From: Octopus vulgaris
Taxonomy: Eukaryota
NCBI GenBank assembly: GCA_951406725.2
Contig: OX597816.1
Span: forward strand, 89,094,001-89,158,000
Reading direction: 5' to 3'
Length of the DNA: 64,000 nucleotides
Positions within the stretch are counted from its first letter, which is position 1, and each line of letters opens with the position of its first letter. The notes beneath the pieces are model-generated. The model was not told where the DNA came from. It was given only the letters and a program-made list of their open reading frames with translations, and made no database searches. This document shows positions 25,705 through 39,135 of the stretch, one piece after another. Both the position numbers and the translations under genes were made by a program.

Positions 25705-25885
25705 TAGAGTTTTCGTTCCGCTTCTTAACATTCTGAGTTCGAATACTACCAAAGTCAACTTCACCTTTTATCCCTAGGTACTTGATAAACTATTGTTAGT
25801 AAAATAAAGTACCAGACAAATTTTAGTGTCGATAAAATTGACTCTCTTTTCTCCTCAGATTTTCTGCCTCGTTCCTATGTTGCAG
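25705..25885 (+). mobile_element. SINE family B, old degenerate copy
   Basis: ttctgagttcgaat...aagtcaacttcaccttttatcc...taaagtaccag...gtcgataaaattgact. Confidence 0.6.
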
Positions 25886-26614
25886 ATATATTTTGTCATC
25901 TCCGGAGTCTGATAAAGGAATATAAAAGATACGTCAGCAAGAGTTTTTTATCGTATTTTGTATTTTGTATCTTGCCTCCACCAATAAATAAATGTCTTCT
26001 TTTTGTTTCTTTAATTACAAACCCGTTGTTATATCACAAAGGTCAATCAATGAAACTTTAGAATGAGTGATATTTAGCATTCGTTCTCTCAACGGAAGCT
26101 TATTGTTTGCATTAGAAAATAATAAAATATCAGGGTAGGGAGAAGAAAGGATTATTAGATCCCATTGCTATTGATTCAGCTTAGAATTTTCCATGAAAGC
26201 TGCTTTCCTCTTTCGTTGTCCATCCTCCGTGATGTATATTGAAAACACTAAACACAACACCATCATTATTTTGCAGTGTTTAGTTACGAAATACATCTTT
26301 GTCTTGAATTAGATGAAACAAAGGTGGTGAATTTTACACAAAATCACATGCATCCATTAGATCTTACTCTCCTTGCCACTGATGTCTGCTGCGAAGATGA
26401 TGAAGAAAGTTTTTAATACATCTAAGCTTTCGGCTAGCTCAAAAGAGTGTTATTACTACGTATGAGAAGACGGTATTTCGAAAATTTTTGTTTGTCCAGG
26501 GAACACTCTATATCGGCAATTACAGGCAATGATCTTGTTCCTTGGAAATATCAGAGGTTTATTCGAATAACACTTTAATGTATAGACAGAAAGATATATT
26601 TGGGTGTTGATTGT

Positions 26615-26697
<83 letters not shown>

Positions 26698-26716
26698 TGT
26701 GTCTATGTGTGTTTGT
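26615..26716. repeat. (TG)n microsatellite
   Basis: Directly visible. Confidence 0.95.
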
Positions 26717-27914
26717 GTAGTAATAAAAGCAAATGTGCAAGCCTTCTCAATGGAGCTGCCACGATTATAGTCATATTGCTCAGGTGATGATTAAGACACG
26801 AAAACATTTCATGGAAACCATATATTCTCCACGGATATTTTTAGGACACAAGCTTAGAAATAAATTGCCAAGTTATTCACCGACATATGTTTGCTCAGTA
26901 GTACCGCAACAACCCTGGAGTGACAGCTACATGATCAGATTTGTCCACACCGTGACCATCTGTGACCTCATTATCGAACGCAGCTGTTTATTTTTCAACA
27001 ATGAGTTTCATTCGAGGGAGATTTGGTTGCCGTTTCTCGAAGGTGTTTCAGCTATTTAGATGTTCAGTTACTGCTTCACGCCCTTCTATTGGACCGTAAC
27101 TCTTGGAGTTTTAGTTCAAATGTCACACAGTTTTAATTTCGCAAAGAAACAAAAAAAAAAGGAAGAAAGAAAACAGCGTCAAGTTATACAATAAATATTT
27201 TATATGAAACAAAATTGTTTCGTTTACAGAACAAAGCAACTAGCTGTTTCAATAAAAAACAGAAAGAAAATAATTTTAGCATTTCTTTGGCATTTGGCAT
27301 TTGGTTTGAGGTTGAATTGCTTTGTTAACAATATTTTACACCTGCTCAAGTGTTCGAAAAGTGAGCAAGATTTTGTCGCTTTTACCATAATTTTTAATAG
27401 TTGTGTTTTATTTCGAGTATCATTTAAAAGCTGCATAAACTTATAAATTTAGTGATTAAAAAAGTTTGAAGAACATTTTTTAATTGTAATCTTGGTATCA
27501 AACCGTCAATGCTAAGATGCCTCTATAATGGTTAAATTTTCAATAAATTGCCAATGAGTGCCGAGGTTAGAAGAATGTGATTTTCAAGTCGAAGTTGTTT
27601 CCAATCAATGAAAATTAATGCTTTACAAATTCTACTGAAATAAATTTTTTGATTCTAATAATCTAAAAATACTTTGGAAGGAAATAAAATCCAAGAAAAC
27701 GCCAGCAATTTGAATAAAACAAACAAAAAATTTGCCACTATGACTATCGAATTTACTTTAACACAACGTGTCTGAGCCGACGTTTACATTTTCAGCATTC
27801 TTTATAAACTTTCTGTGTTCGTATGTTGCAATATGTTTAGAGAAACATGACTTATTAAATTACAAGAATTACAACCTACCGACAAATGATGTGAACATTA
27901 TAAGATATCTTTCA

Positions 27915-28090
27915 TTATTTGTTCAATCATTAGACTGCAGCCATGTAAGGGTACCCACTCGAAGGGTTTAGTCGAACGAGTCGGTTCCAATACCTATTTT
28001 AACATGGTGCATATTGTATCAGTTTCTTTTATTGAACTGTTAGATTACGAGTGCGTAAACAAGCAACAACGGTTGTCCAGTGACTGAGGG

Positions 28091-28092
<2 letters not shown>
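27915..28092 (-). mobile_element. SINE family A 3' half, degenerate
   Basis: tcattagactgcagccatg...ttagtcgaacgagtcg...gaactgttagattacg...acggttgtc, followed by (TA)n. Confidence 0.65.
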
Positions 28093-28153
<61 letters not shown>

Positions 28154-28624
28154 CGGGGCGAAGAGAAAGAACGCAAGGAGAAAAGGCTAGACGAAAACCT
28201 AACAGACAGGAGATGTTGGCAAAGTCATAATACACAGAATATTCATAGCTGATTTTTCCTCGTCAGTCAATGACCCAAAATATCGTAGTCGTTTTGTGCC
28301 ATTTAGCATCGAGAGAACTCAATTTTGGAGAGGCCAGTGTTCTTATTTAAGCTCTGGGGAAAAAAGGTAGCGAATGTTCACTAAGACAGAAACAAACAAA
28401 ATGTTATATAAATACGACAAAGAATTAAGCATATATAACTACACGAAGCCTTACGGCTATATACAACGGAAGAAAAAGAATGATTATACGTGTAGCACAA
28501 ATACAACAGAAAAAACTTTGCAGCTATCGAACGAACTTACGGGAGTGGTGCAAAGATGAAATGGAGAAAGTCATAGAGGACATAGCAGGAGCCCAGACCA
28601 GCATGAACAGCAGGGCAAAAGAGA

Positions 28625-28790
28625 ACAACACAGGTTTCCACACACTTCATATGTAACAAATTCACTCGCAAGACATTAGTCGGTCCGTAATTATAGTATA
28701 GAAGACACTTGTCAAAGATGCTGCGCAGCTGGACCGATCCTGATAGCTCGTTGTTGCAAAACGAACTTCTTAACCAGAATGACATTTCTG
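28625..28790 (-). mobile_element. SINE family A head, degenerate
   Basis: aaattcactcgcaag...tagaagacacttgtcaaag...cttcttaacca. Confidence 0.65.
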
Positions 28791-29296
28791 AGGCTACTAA
28801 GTGTATTTTAATATAATCGAATTTGGAACAGTTTATGAATTTTTGCATTTTCTTACAAAAATCATAAGGCTTCGAGTGTCTTCTAAGAAAACTACAATTT
28901 TAACTTTTACTCAAGCTGACAACTGATTTTTTCTTGCGTTCTTAAATGTGAAATATTGAGGAAAAAAATGTTTTTCACATTTTTATTCCATTAAACGAGT
29001 GATATATTACGACACTATTCATATTCTTTGCTTCTGATAAAGTGTCATGCTGTTAATCGATAATATAGCATCATTCTACTATTATCAAGAATACTGGAAA
29101 ACTTTTGGCGGGATATGGTATATTTCGGAGCAATTGCAGAAAAATAATCCTTAAATTTCGTTATATATTTCCAGTACCGATTTGACCAGGTATGTTGCTT
29201 CGCCGCATAATTTTGGGAGATTTACTACACTTTCGCACCGCCTACACAGATCGCACACTCACATATATAAAAGAAATCACACACAGACAAATATAT

Positions 29297-29299
<3 letters not shown>

Positions 29300-29335
<36 letters not shown>

Positions 29336-29512
29336 GCGTGCAATAGAGAGGGGGAGAGAGGGTGTGTGTGCGTGTGTGTGTGTGCGTGTGTGTGTGTGCG
29401 TGTGTGTGTGTGTGTGCGTGTGTGTGTGCGTGTGTGTGTGTGCGTGTGTGTGCGCGTGTGTGTGCGTGTGTGTGTGCGTGTGTGTGCGTGTGTGTGTGCG
29501 TGTGTGTGCGTG
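29300..29512. repeat. (TA)n and interrupted (TG/CG)n microsatellite
   Basis: Directly visible. Confidence 0.95.
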
Positions 29513-29749
29513 TTAAAGGATGCGTTCCGGATGTAGTCCAATATTCCAAAACAAACCGATATAAGCTGCAATTAATGTTTCTCCTGAAGAGCTGCTAACC
29601 GTTGCCTCTAACGAAAACTATTTAGTTGCAGGAAAAATTCCCGAGTAACGATATTGCGGGGATGAAGCGCTGAATGTAGTGTTTAATGCTTCTCCTAAGG
29701 GTGGACACAACATGAACAACGAGAGAAGAAAAGACAAGTATTATAATTC

Positions 29750-30600
29750 GACAGTGTCTAAATGAGAAACACTTGACTAACTACTTCCAAGGTGTGGAAG
29801 TCACTAAAGTAACAAAAGCAAATGCATCCAGAGGAGGCACCACAGTTGTAAGGCACTGTCATTCACTCCATCGAATGGAGTTCTTCGGGGGTGTGGTCTA
29901 AAATGTCTGTATGTGCATCAGCGGAAATTATTGTTAGGAGATTCACCTGGCATTTATAAAGGAAGGCTATCTTTTGCGGTGCACACTTCACAAAGTGATT
30001 TTGCCGCTAAAGGTCTTCAGAGATTAGTAGTGACTTTCTGTGTCTAAGTTGCTGATCATATTTACGGAGGTGTTGAAATTGTTTATTGATATGTGTAATG
30101 ATTGAATATTTTTAAATCGGAGCTAAGTTTGACAAAATTAGTTGATTAATGTTTTCGATGTCGTATTCTGTGGACTGAGCGTGCTTATGGAGTCAGATAT
30201 CTAGATTTTATGTGGAAGATATTTGCGGAATTGTATCATCCATGAGTTATTGTATGTGACGGCGAGCCAATGATATAGAGGATTTAAAGTATGAAAGATG
30301 AAAGTAGCAATGCACCAGAGGAAGCAACATCAGCACAGTCCCAGCAGTGCGGCCTGACGGGAAGCTCTTAATGAATGAAATCCATAAGTGAGTAATTTGG
30401 CCAGAAGATTTAGCAGAATTGATCTCGCTGTAGCAGCAGTTGTAAGTATGAGTGATGTCGAGAACAACAAGTTTATCTTCAAAAATTCTGTGAGACCAAA
30501 AACCCACTGACTATTGACATAACAGTGCAGTTTTCCAATAGATCTGGATTTCTTAAAGCGATACTGGTGGCGGGGCGGCTATTAAGGACGGAGGAAGATC
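29750..30600 (-). mobile_element. Highly decayed Jockey/CR1-group LINE RT remnant
   Basis: VVLDITHTY (ALDISKAF-like), WISFIKSFPSGR (WI.SFL..R-like) and a 3' LW..P.DAF-like segment. Confidence 0.45.
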
Positions 30601-31204
30601 CAAGGGGTTTCAGGGGGATGTTGAAAAATGTCAACTATCATTTCATTCGTCCCCTTATAGTAATTTAGCATGAAAACATGAGTTGATGTCGCACGGCGCC
30701 AGCCCCGGGTAAAAACAAAATATCTGCATTACCAAAATTCTTATATACTCCAATCCTTGTCTTTCCTCTCCACATACTTCCCGTTATTTGTCCTCCTCCC
30801 CTTCTCTTTCTTCTAGTTTTACCTCTTCTACATCTTAAGTCAGTCCAAGTTTGTCTTTTGGCTCCTAACCACGTTCTCTTGTCTCCCAAACATTTTAAAT
30901 CCCTTCAAAGTTTCTCCTTAGATCTAATCTTGACTTAATGTCTCTGCTAATTCTTGTTTATGATTTGTAAACCCCCAAACAGTTATTACTACCAAATTAA
31001 GATCGAAATTATTGCTATGCTTCATATTGATTTATCACTTTGTCATCCCTTTCATATCCGCTTACTTCATCTTCCTTTTTCCTTCGCCTTCTTTTCCTTT
31101 TACTTCCCATTCTCATCCCCCTCCTCCTACTCATTATTTGCCTTTTATCCTTTACTTAGTTCAGTTAGTTTTTAACTGTGGCACTTAATAATTCAGCCTC
31201 TTGT

Positions 31205-31336
31205 GTTAAACCGCTTAATTACGGAAACGCAAACTAACCAACATCGGTTGTCAAAACGTGGGAGTAAACGCAATCACATTCACACACACACACATACACA
31301 CACACGCACGCACACACATACACACACACGCACGCA

Positions 31337-31393
<57 letters not shown>

Positions 31394-31548
31394 AAAACTT
31401 CACATAGTTGCACTCTTCTAAATTCACTCACAAGGCATTGTTCAGCCCAGGGAAATAGTAGAAGACACTAGCCATCGCTAATGCGCAGTACGACTGGACC
31501 CGGACCACCTAGTTACAAATCGAACTTCTTTACCACACAGTCATGCTA
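31205..31548 (-). mobile_element. SINE family A with expanded internal (CA)n
   Basis: aaccgcttaattacgg...atcggttgtcaa, then (CA)n, then aaattcactcacaagg...agaagacact...ttaccacacagtcatg. Confidence 0.78.
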
Positions 31549-32314
31549 CGTGTTTCTATTTCTTCTTAAATTTCTCCTATTTTTATCGCTTTTTCCACGC
31601 CTCAATGCTTCCTGCCTCCTCCTAATTCTCCTCTCTGTTCTTCAAATATATCTTCATACTATTATGCTTTATCTCCCTCGCCTTCTCAATCTTTTGCACA
31701 AGGGGTCCACTAAACCCGCTAAACCTCATGTACTAGTAATAACTTTAGCGAGTAATTTTGAGCTAAGTTTGACAAAACTCGTTGATTAATGTTGATTTAT
31801 TAGCGATGGGCTTGATAAATAAGAAAGCCCAGGCATAAAATCATCATTTTCAGCTAATTAATGCACTCTTTTATAAATGTGATTTGCGAAATTCAACCAC
31901 GCTTCATCCAATTTCCTTTGCAAAAATAAACATCATAACACGCGTGCGTGTGTGTGTGTATGTTTCAGTATAAGGAAGTTAAGAAAGAGACCAATTAGAA
32001 AACCAAAGCCCACCACGCTCCGACATTTGTTTCGCCTTCTGCATTTTTGGTGGTAACTTTCTTGATGCAGTACTCAATGTTTATAACTATGTGAGACTTT
32101 CAAATATCTCTTCTGCTCTGGAAATTGAATTTTCCCAAATACTCTCATCTTAGAATGTAATCTTAGAAATTGCTGGCTTTGTGCCAAAATTTGAAACCAA
32201 TATATTTGCATAGAACGCGGAGGGATAAAAATCTTTGACATTCCTGAATCTGCAGTTAAGGCTTTAGTATGCTATAGGAAAGAAGGTTTGATGTTGCATA
32301 TGTTAAGGCTTGAA

Positions 32315-32551
32315 GGCAGCGAGCTGGCAGAAACATTAGCGCGCCGGGCGAAATGCTTAGCGATATTTCGTCTGCCGTTACGTTCTGAGTTCAAATTCCG
32401 CCGAGGTCGGCTTTGCCTTTCATCCTTTCGGGGTCGATAAATAAAGTACCAGTTACACACTGGGGTCGATATAATCGACTTAATCCCTTTGTCTGTCTTT
32501 GTTCTTTGTTTGTCCCCTCTATGTTTAGCCCCTTGTGGGCAATAAAGAAAT
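32315..32551 (+). mobile_element. SINE family B, full-length (tail type 1) with 13-bp TSD
   Basis: Closely similar to 2801-3034. TSD atatgttaaggct at 32298-32310 and 32552-32564. Confidence 0.93.
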
Positions 32552-32599
32552 ATATGTTAAGGCTCGCCTCTTTTTCTTAGTTTTGAATATTAAAATTAT

Positions 32600-34180
32600 C
32601 TTTCTCCCTAAATAGCCTTAATTCAGTATTTCATTAAAGCCGCTTTGCTGGAAGAGCTTCCCATAGAATGTCATTGCGTCTTTCAGTCGTTAGTTATGGT
32701 TTTTCAGTATTTGGATAACTTCCATTATTATGTTAATACTTCGTGCCACAGCGTGATTCAAATGCTGTATTTGTTGTTTCCATCAATTTTGTCAATTGTG
32801 ATTCCTTTAACGTTCCTCGAATATTATCCACGTTCTCTTTCTGGTTGTGATAATTTGAACTTTATTATATTTTTACCAAGTTTTTGACAATATAAAATCA
32901 CTTTGGTTTGAATGTAAAACGCTTGTTTTGTTCAAAGAAGCCTTAGCATTTTTCATGCTGAAGTAGATTTTACGATTTGGTGAGACTCTCTGTTCCGTAC
33001 GTTCTTTGATATCAGATACTTCATTTTTGTTTTTGTTCTCTTATAATTCTATGTTATTTCTCTTCTTTTTTTTTTTTCCGTGAGACATGTTCTTTATTTC
33101 CTGATTTCAACAGCGATTGAGTTTCTTTCTCTTGTTTTCTATCTTGTTTATATTTGTCTTTTATGTTATTGTCACGTGCATTATTATTCTCATTTTAGCG
33201 TATCTGTAAGTGTAACCACTTTTATTTGTAAATACAGAGGTTACCGTATAAGATTTCGTCAGTGTTAAAAGCTAAATATTATCTTTGAATTTTTGTTGGT
33301 TCTTAGGAAGATATGTTGATTGTTATTAATTAATTATTTCCTGCTTTATATGTCACGGCCATGGATTTTCCATTCTTAAGTTAACCTCATTCTCCTATTT
33401 ACATTTTCATTTCGGCTATACTAAATGAGATTTGCTGGTCCGAAATCTTTTTTTAAAATATTCTATTTAAATTTTCATATTTTTCGTTTAGGAAACGCAT
33501 ATGCATAAGTTAGTTAGTGATTCAGGAATGGCCAAACTTTTTTCCCCTCCGAATTTTATGCAAATATATTGGTTTCAAATTTTGGCACAAAGCCAGCAAT
33601 TTCTAAGATTACATCCATCCCAGTGTTCAACTAGTACTTCAACCCACAAAATGATGATAGGCAAAGTCGACCTTGGCAGAATTTGAACTCGTAACCTAAA
33701 GACGGTCGAAATGCCGCTAAGCATGTTGCCTGGCGAGGTAACGATTCGACCAGCTTGCTACCTTAATTTATACGAATACGTATAATGTTTCTGTAAAATA
33801 CGCATATAGAATAAAAGCATATTAGTCTCGCGTTCATTTATATCATTGTAATCATTATTTGTGCGATTAGTGAGTCAACTCCGGCTTTTTCTTAGATTGT
33901 CATCCCTTTCGTCTGGCATCGGTGTACTTCTATCTTTCAGTCGAATTTTACATGCGCCAATTTCGGTGTTTCTTGTACATGGTTTTTTATTAGACATATT
34001 TGTCAGTTTGGCTTGTTTTGTTCTCTTGAGCCCAATTATTCTGGTAATGATATGTTCAGTGTACCAACGTTTGTACACTCGTACTATGAGATCGCCGAAT
34101 AATATGATCATTTGTAATATACCTATAATGTATACAAGTGGTAATGATTTTTGTCAGAGCAGTAACTAACATTTTCTAAT
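32600..34180 (-). mobile_element. Possible decayed APE-type (RTE-like) LINE, interrupted by a SINE
   Basis: IILFGDLIVRV (GDFNA.VG-like APE motif, ORF 33875-34111) and a LKNGKS pre-RT motif near 33360-33380. Confidence 0.4.
33570..33763 (-). mobile_element. SINE family B (tail type 2)
   Basis: ggtttcaaattttggcacaaagccagcaattt...ggcaaagtcgaccttggcagaatttgaactc...aacgattcgaccagcttgc. Confidence 0.8.
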
Positions 34181-34316
34181 ATACCTTTCGTTGTGCACCT
34201 CCATTACATATCCCTTGTAATGAATTCTATTCTCCTCCTCCTCCTCCTCATCATCATCATCATCATCATCATCATAATCATCATCATCATCATTATTATT
34301 ATTATTATTATTATTA

Positions 34317-37300
34317 TTTTCTCTTTATCACATGTTTCGTTTGAGTTCCTGGAGCCTTGCATACATATCGGGTTTACTACGATACCCTGCTATCTGTTCT
34401 TTTCAGCTATCTAATATTTTCATGCTTGTTCTAGTCGTGCCAAGGAAGTAAACCTTTTGTAACAGTTCTACTGAGCACTCTATTTCCAATTTCCTTTATA
34501 TTCCTCTTGATGCCTTCTGATGCTGTTACCATGGACCCAACAATCATTGATACTATCTTCGACTTTATTTTCCATAGCCGGGTTATTTCATATTTAAGAG
34601 GGTTGTATCTATCTATCTTTTCGCCTTCCTTCTTCACTATTCATGGGTCAAAGGAGCATGCAACCTCAACTATATAGCATATGTGGTGCACCTCCTCTAC
34701 AGCCACTAGGTCCAGTCTATTATGCTCTAGCATCTAATCTTTTTGGATTAGGAAATCCCAAAGGATTTTGCTAATCACCGACTCTGTCACTCTGTGCGGT
34801 TTATGCTCATATCACGTCTTCCCCTCTCTATCCCCCACTTTTCGCACAATGTAACACTTTCGCTACCTGATAGTATCGCCGCAATTTGTAGTGGTTTTGC
34901 GCAAGTCTAGAGCATTCGTTCGTGACATGGTTTCAGTAGTTTCATTCACTATATTGCAGATGTGGCACAGCGATGACACTTGCTCATTCCTAAGGTTGAC
35001 CCTCCAGTTCGTGACCTAAACTAGGTCATGCGCTGCCAGCATGATTCTCTCGGTCTCTTTTTTTAGGGTTCTTTTCTTCAGCCAATTCCCCCCCTTTTTT
35101 GTAGCAACTTCTGTTGTGGCTACATGGAATTGAATGTATAGTCCATTCTTGTGTAATTATTCTTCATGTCCTTTTTGTACTTCTTCCTTTTTTCTCTGTA
35201 CTCAATACTCACTCGTTCCTAACTGTCGCTAGCAAAGTTTCCTTACTTTGGGCTGGGTATCTCATTAAGTGCTCGTGTTCGATACGCACGCAGCCTTCCA
35301 CACTTACCACACCCCTTCGTCCATTTGCTCACTTCATGTATAGCCGACCAGTGTCTGCACGTGTTTGATGGGTTCTATGCATCGTTAGGAGCTTTCTTTA
35401 CTTCTTGTCCGTCTGTTTTAGTTCCTCCTCAGTCCACTTCAGGATTCCAGCGCCATACAGAACTACTGCGACAGCGCGCGAGTTTATTGCCGAAATTACG
35501 TTTCTGGCTTTCAGCTTTTCTCACTCACCGCATGTGTTCTCTTGTTGTCTTTTCCTTCATGCCGTAGTGTTTGATTCTATCTGCCTCAAGTATTCCCAGG
35601 TATTTATGGCTGGATTGAGGTTGAATCGCCTTCATCATTTCACCATTTGGCAACCATATGCCTTCTGTCCTGGAAAGCTTTCCTCGTCTCATCACCATCG
35701 TAGCACATTTTGAGAGTCCAAACTCCATCCTAATATCATTCGATAAAATTCGCACAGACTGGAGTAGGCTGTCCAGTCCTGCCTCAGTTTTTGTGAATGG
35801 TTTCTGGGCGTCCATGAATAGCAACTGGTTCGAGTTTCCCTTACCTCTCCTCAGATCATACCCCAATTTTGTTTTCTGTAGTATTTCATTCAAGAAGATC
35901 ATTCCCAGCACAAATATCAATAGGGAAACACAGTCCCCTTGAAAATTTTCTCTTGATTTTCACTTCTCCTAGTACTTGCTTTCCTACTGTCAATTCCGTT
36001 CTCCAGCATTTCATGCTATTCCATATAAGGTTTCTCATATTTTCTGCTACTCCATACATTTTCATTATTCTTAATTTCTTGGAGTGTGGTGTCATATCGT
36101 ATGCATTGCGATTTAACCCATTCTATGTTCAGGCTTGTATATCTTCTCTTGCAGTTCCTGATAATTAGATTATCAATTAAGAGCTGATCCTTCGTTCCCC
36201 AGCTCCTTTTTCGGCACCCTTTCTGTTCAATGGGTAGCAGCCCACTTTTTTCCAAGTATCTGTACAGTTCATCGGTCAAAGCACCTCACATTAGTTTCCA
36301 CATTAGCGGAAGTCATGTTACTGGTCTAAAATTGGATGCAACATATCCCTTTTCAGGATCCTTGGCACATAACAATATCTTTCCCTCTGTCATCGAGATG
36401 GGTACTGAGCTTCCCGCAAGCTCTCATCTAGCTGTTGTGCAATCCTTTCATGGAACCCTCTCAGCTTCTTCATCCAATAACTTTAGATTCCATCCGTTCC
36501 TGTACTCTTCCAATTTGAGAATTTTCTTAACTGCTTTTTTTAATATTCTGCAGCTATCTTTATGTCTTCTTGGACTTCTATATTTTAAAACATATCTTGG
36601 ATTTCATGCAGTCACTCCGCTTCATCATTATGCTCTACTGGTCGGTCATAGCTCCTTCTCCAGAATTCCATGCTCTCCTCTGCATCTGGTATCATTGTTA
36701 CGTGTATTTGCCCATCTAGTTCCTGAAACAGTTTCTTCTGATTTGTTTCAAACAATCTGTTTTACCCGAACTGTTTTGTTTGTTTTTTTTCTATTGCCAC
36801 ATCTTTCCAGTTTTGCTTTGATTGCTACTCCTCTTGGCTTCAATTCTTCCAATATCACATTATAACCTTTATCTCTAATTCTATATGTTCTTTCCAGCAG
36901 CATTATTTTTATGCTTTCGTTCTGCAAAATGCCCCTCTTCTCAATCTATCAACTTGTCCTAAATGTCTTTTTAACTTTGCTTCTCACAAATTTGTCTACG
37001 CCAGTATGGTTCTTTCCCTTTTGTTTGTTCTTTTCATTTGTATCCAATTCTATCTGCAGCAATCATAGCTGCAGCCCAAATATTATTGTTAGTTTCAGTT
37101 ATAGTTCTTGCCTGGAATAGCCCAAGAAATGATTCTATCTTTTCGGTTTCAACTTTGAGCTTGCATCGATCGATGTACCTCAGGTTAGTGGGTGCTCGAT
37201 CCTGGCCTTCTCTAATATATTGGCACAACATCCTCACTATGTTTTGATGGTCATCATAATATTCTTGTGATATATTTCTTTCAATTACTTGTGCTTCATT

Positions 37301-38170
37301 TGCTGAGAATGTATTTACATTTAAACTTTGCTGTATTTCTTCACTGTCACCTTTCATTTTGTTTTCACTGGGCACGTTATCTGTTGAAGTATTAATTATA
37401 TCTTCTACTTCCCCTTTTATCTCTTCTATTTCCATGTCTATTAACCACTCTTTTGGTCTTATTTCTCGCTACTAGTCGGCTAACCGTTGCTCATTTGAGT
37501 CCTATCTCATTCCATTTTGGTTTCATTCGTTGTCGGAACCCCCTTCTGTTGGGTTCACTCCTGATCCAGCATTAAATTACCTTTTGGTTTGCGTCCTTAT
37601 CTCACCTTCTTCTCTACGTTTGGTTTTGTATACAAGAAGTCTCTAGATGACGAGCAGACTTGTGCTGCTCAAGCGCAGGACATTTGACGGACGAAAGGCT
37701 TTCACTTTATATGATACATTTGTATTAGATAATTTCTCTCAACATTGCGGTATGTATTTTGAGGTTAGCCACCAAGCGGTATTTTTATTGAGACACCATA
37801 TATAGTAAGATTGTCAGCCGAGACTGCAGAGCTCTTACTACCCATAAGTTGAGCCTGTTCCCTTCGCATTTCTGTGATGAGGATTATATATTCTCCCTAG
37901 AATTCCAACTAGGAGACAGGTGAGCGTCAGTTGGTCTAATATCTTCATCAAAATTTGCTATAGAGTTAAGTACATATTCGCGGTTCATTCGCGGTTCACA
38001 AGTTGTGTCTACCCGTTTTTGGGATGGCCATTGACCCTTTGAGTTCCCTCTGCCCTTTGCCGACTTTTGTTTTGAATCCCCCAGGGTGTCGAAAATCCAC
38101 CCTCCTCATCAAGAAATTTTGGTGGTTTCCGGTTTAGTCGCCGATGATTCAACGGTTTCTCAGCACCACT
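34317..38170 (-). mobile_element. Near full-length (~3.85 kb) R4/Dong-type LINE pseudogene between (ATT)n arrays
   Basis: Ordered motifs on minus strand: EQRLAD..R.I...WL..EIEE (N-terminal, ~37430-37490); EQKGCRKRSWGTKDQLLID; LLFMD..K.F...DIRMEFGLSKC...KYLGILE; KKETE; CHIC knuckle; RLE end KYEITRLWK...IVGS. Many stops and frameshifts. (ATC/ATT)n at 34248-34316 and 38170-38328. Confidence 0.9.
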
Positions 38171-38198
38171 ATTACAACTATAATCACTATATTATTAA

Positions 38199-38249
<51 letters not shown>

Positions 38250-38269
38250 CACCATCATTATTATTATTA

Positions 38270-38313
<44 letters not shown>

Positions 38314-38328
38314 ATTATTATTATCATT

Positions 38329-38720
38329 GCCTTTGCACAGCTTCTAACGCTGGAGATGTATTACAGTGTCAGCTGTTCACTACCATTGAACTAAGGTAAC
38401 ACCTGTTATTTTTCGTGCACCTTCCGGAGTATTCGAGCGGTTCCAGGCAGTGCTGTTTTCTGTAAGTACTCCACCCTTACTACAGCACCTATTTGTTCCA
38501 CGTATTTCTCGAGATTTTTGCTCACTGTTCCCAGGGCTCCGATAATTATTGGTACTACTGCTACCTTTTTCATCGACCAAAACTGCTTAACTTCCCAAGC
38601 TAACCTGTCATGTCTTTCGACTTTTCTTTCTTCCTTATCGCATACCTTTTTCACTGTCTGTCTCATATTCAACATTCCTATGAAAGTGATCATGCATTCT
38701 TTTCTTTACCCACCTGTTTT
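38329..38720 (-). mobile_element. R4/Dong-type LINE 3' end (different 3' UTR) with AAT tail
   Basis: ORF 38406-38693: KEERKVERHDRLAWEVKQFWSMKKVAVVPIIIGALGTVSKNL...LQKTALPGTARILRKV. Confidence 0.88.
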
Positions 38721-38844
38721 CAGTTTCATTTGTTTTCAATTTCTTGTATAGTGCTTTATACAAGGCTGACCCTCTTACTTCTAATAATAGCGGTTCTGTG
38801 GCATTTCTACATAAACTAAAAAAATAAATATTTATCGATATAGA

Positions 38845-39135
38845 GAGAGACAGATAGGCAGAGAGACTGACAGAGAGACAGCAAGACAGATAGCTAGCTA
38901 GCTAGCTAGCTAGATAGATAGATAGATAGATACATACATACATACATACATACATACATACATACATACATACATACATACATACATACATACATACGTA
39001 GGTAGGTAGGTAGGTAGGTAGGTAGGTAGGTAGGTAGGTAGGTAGGTAGGTAGGTAGGTAGGTAGGTAGGTAGGTAGGTAGGTAGGTAGGTAGGTAGGTA
39101 GGTAGGTAGGTAGGTAGGTAGGTAGGTAGGTAGGC
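38845..39135. repeat. Compound (GACA)/(GCTA)/(GATA)n-(CATA)n-(GTAG)n microsatellite
   Basis: Directly visible. Confidence 0.95.

Noticed and set aside
25915-25950. ctgataa...gtc as a hammerhead
   Set aside because: Lacks GAAA and a stem II. Too degenerate.
36230-36865. Longest ORF (211 aa, + strand)
   Set aside because: Antisense to the R4-type LINE, with no independent protein signal.
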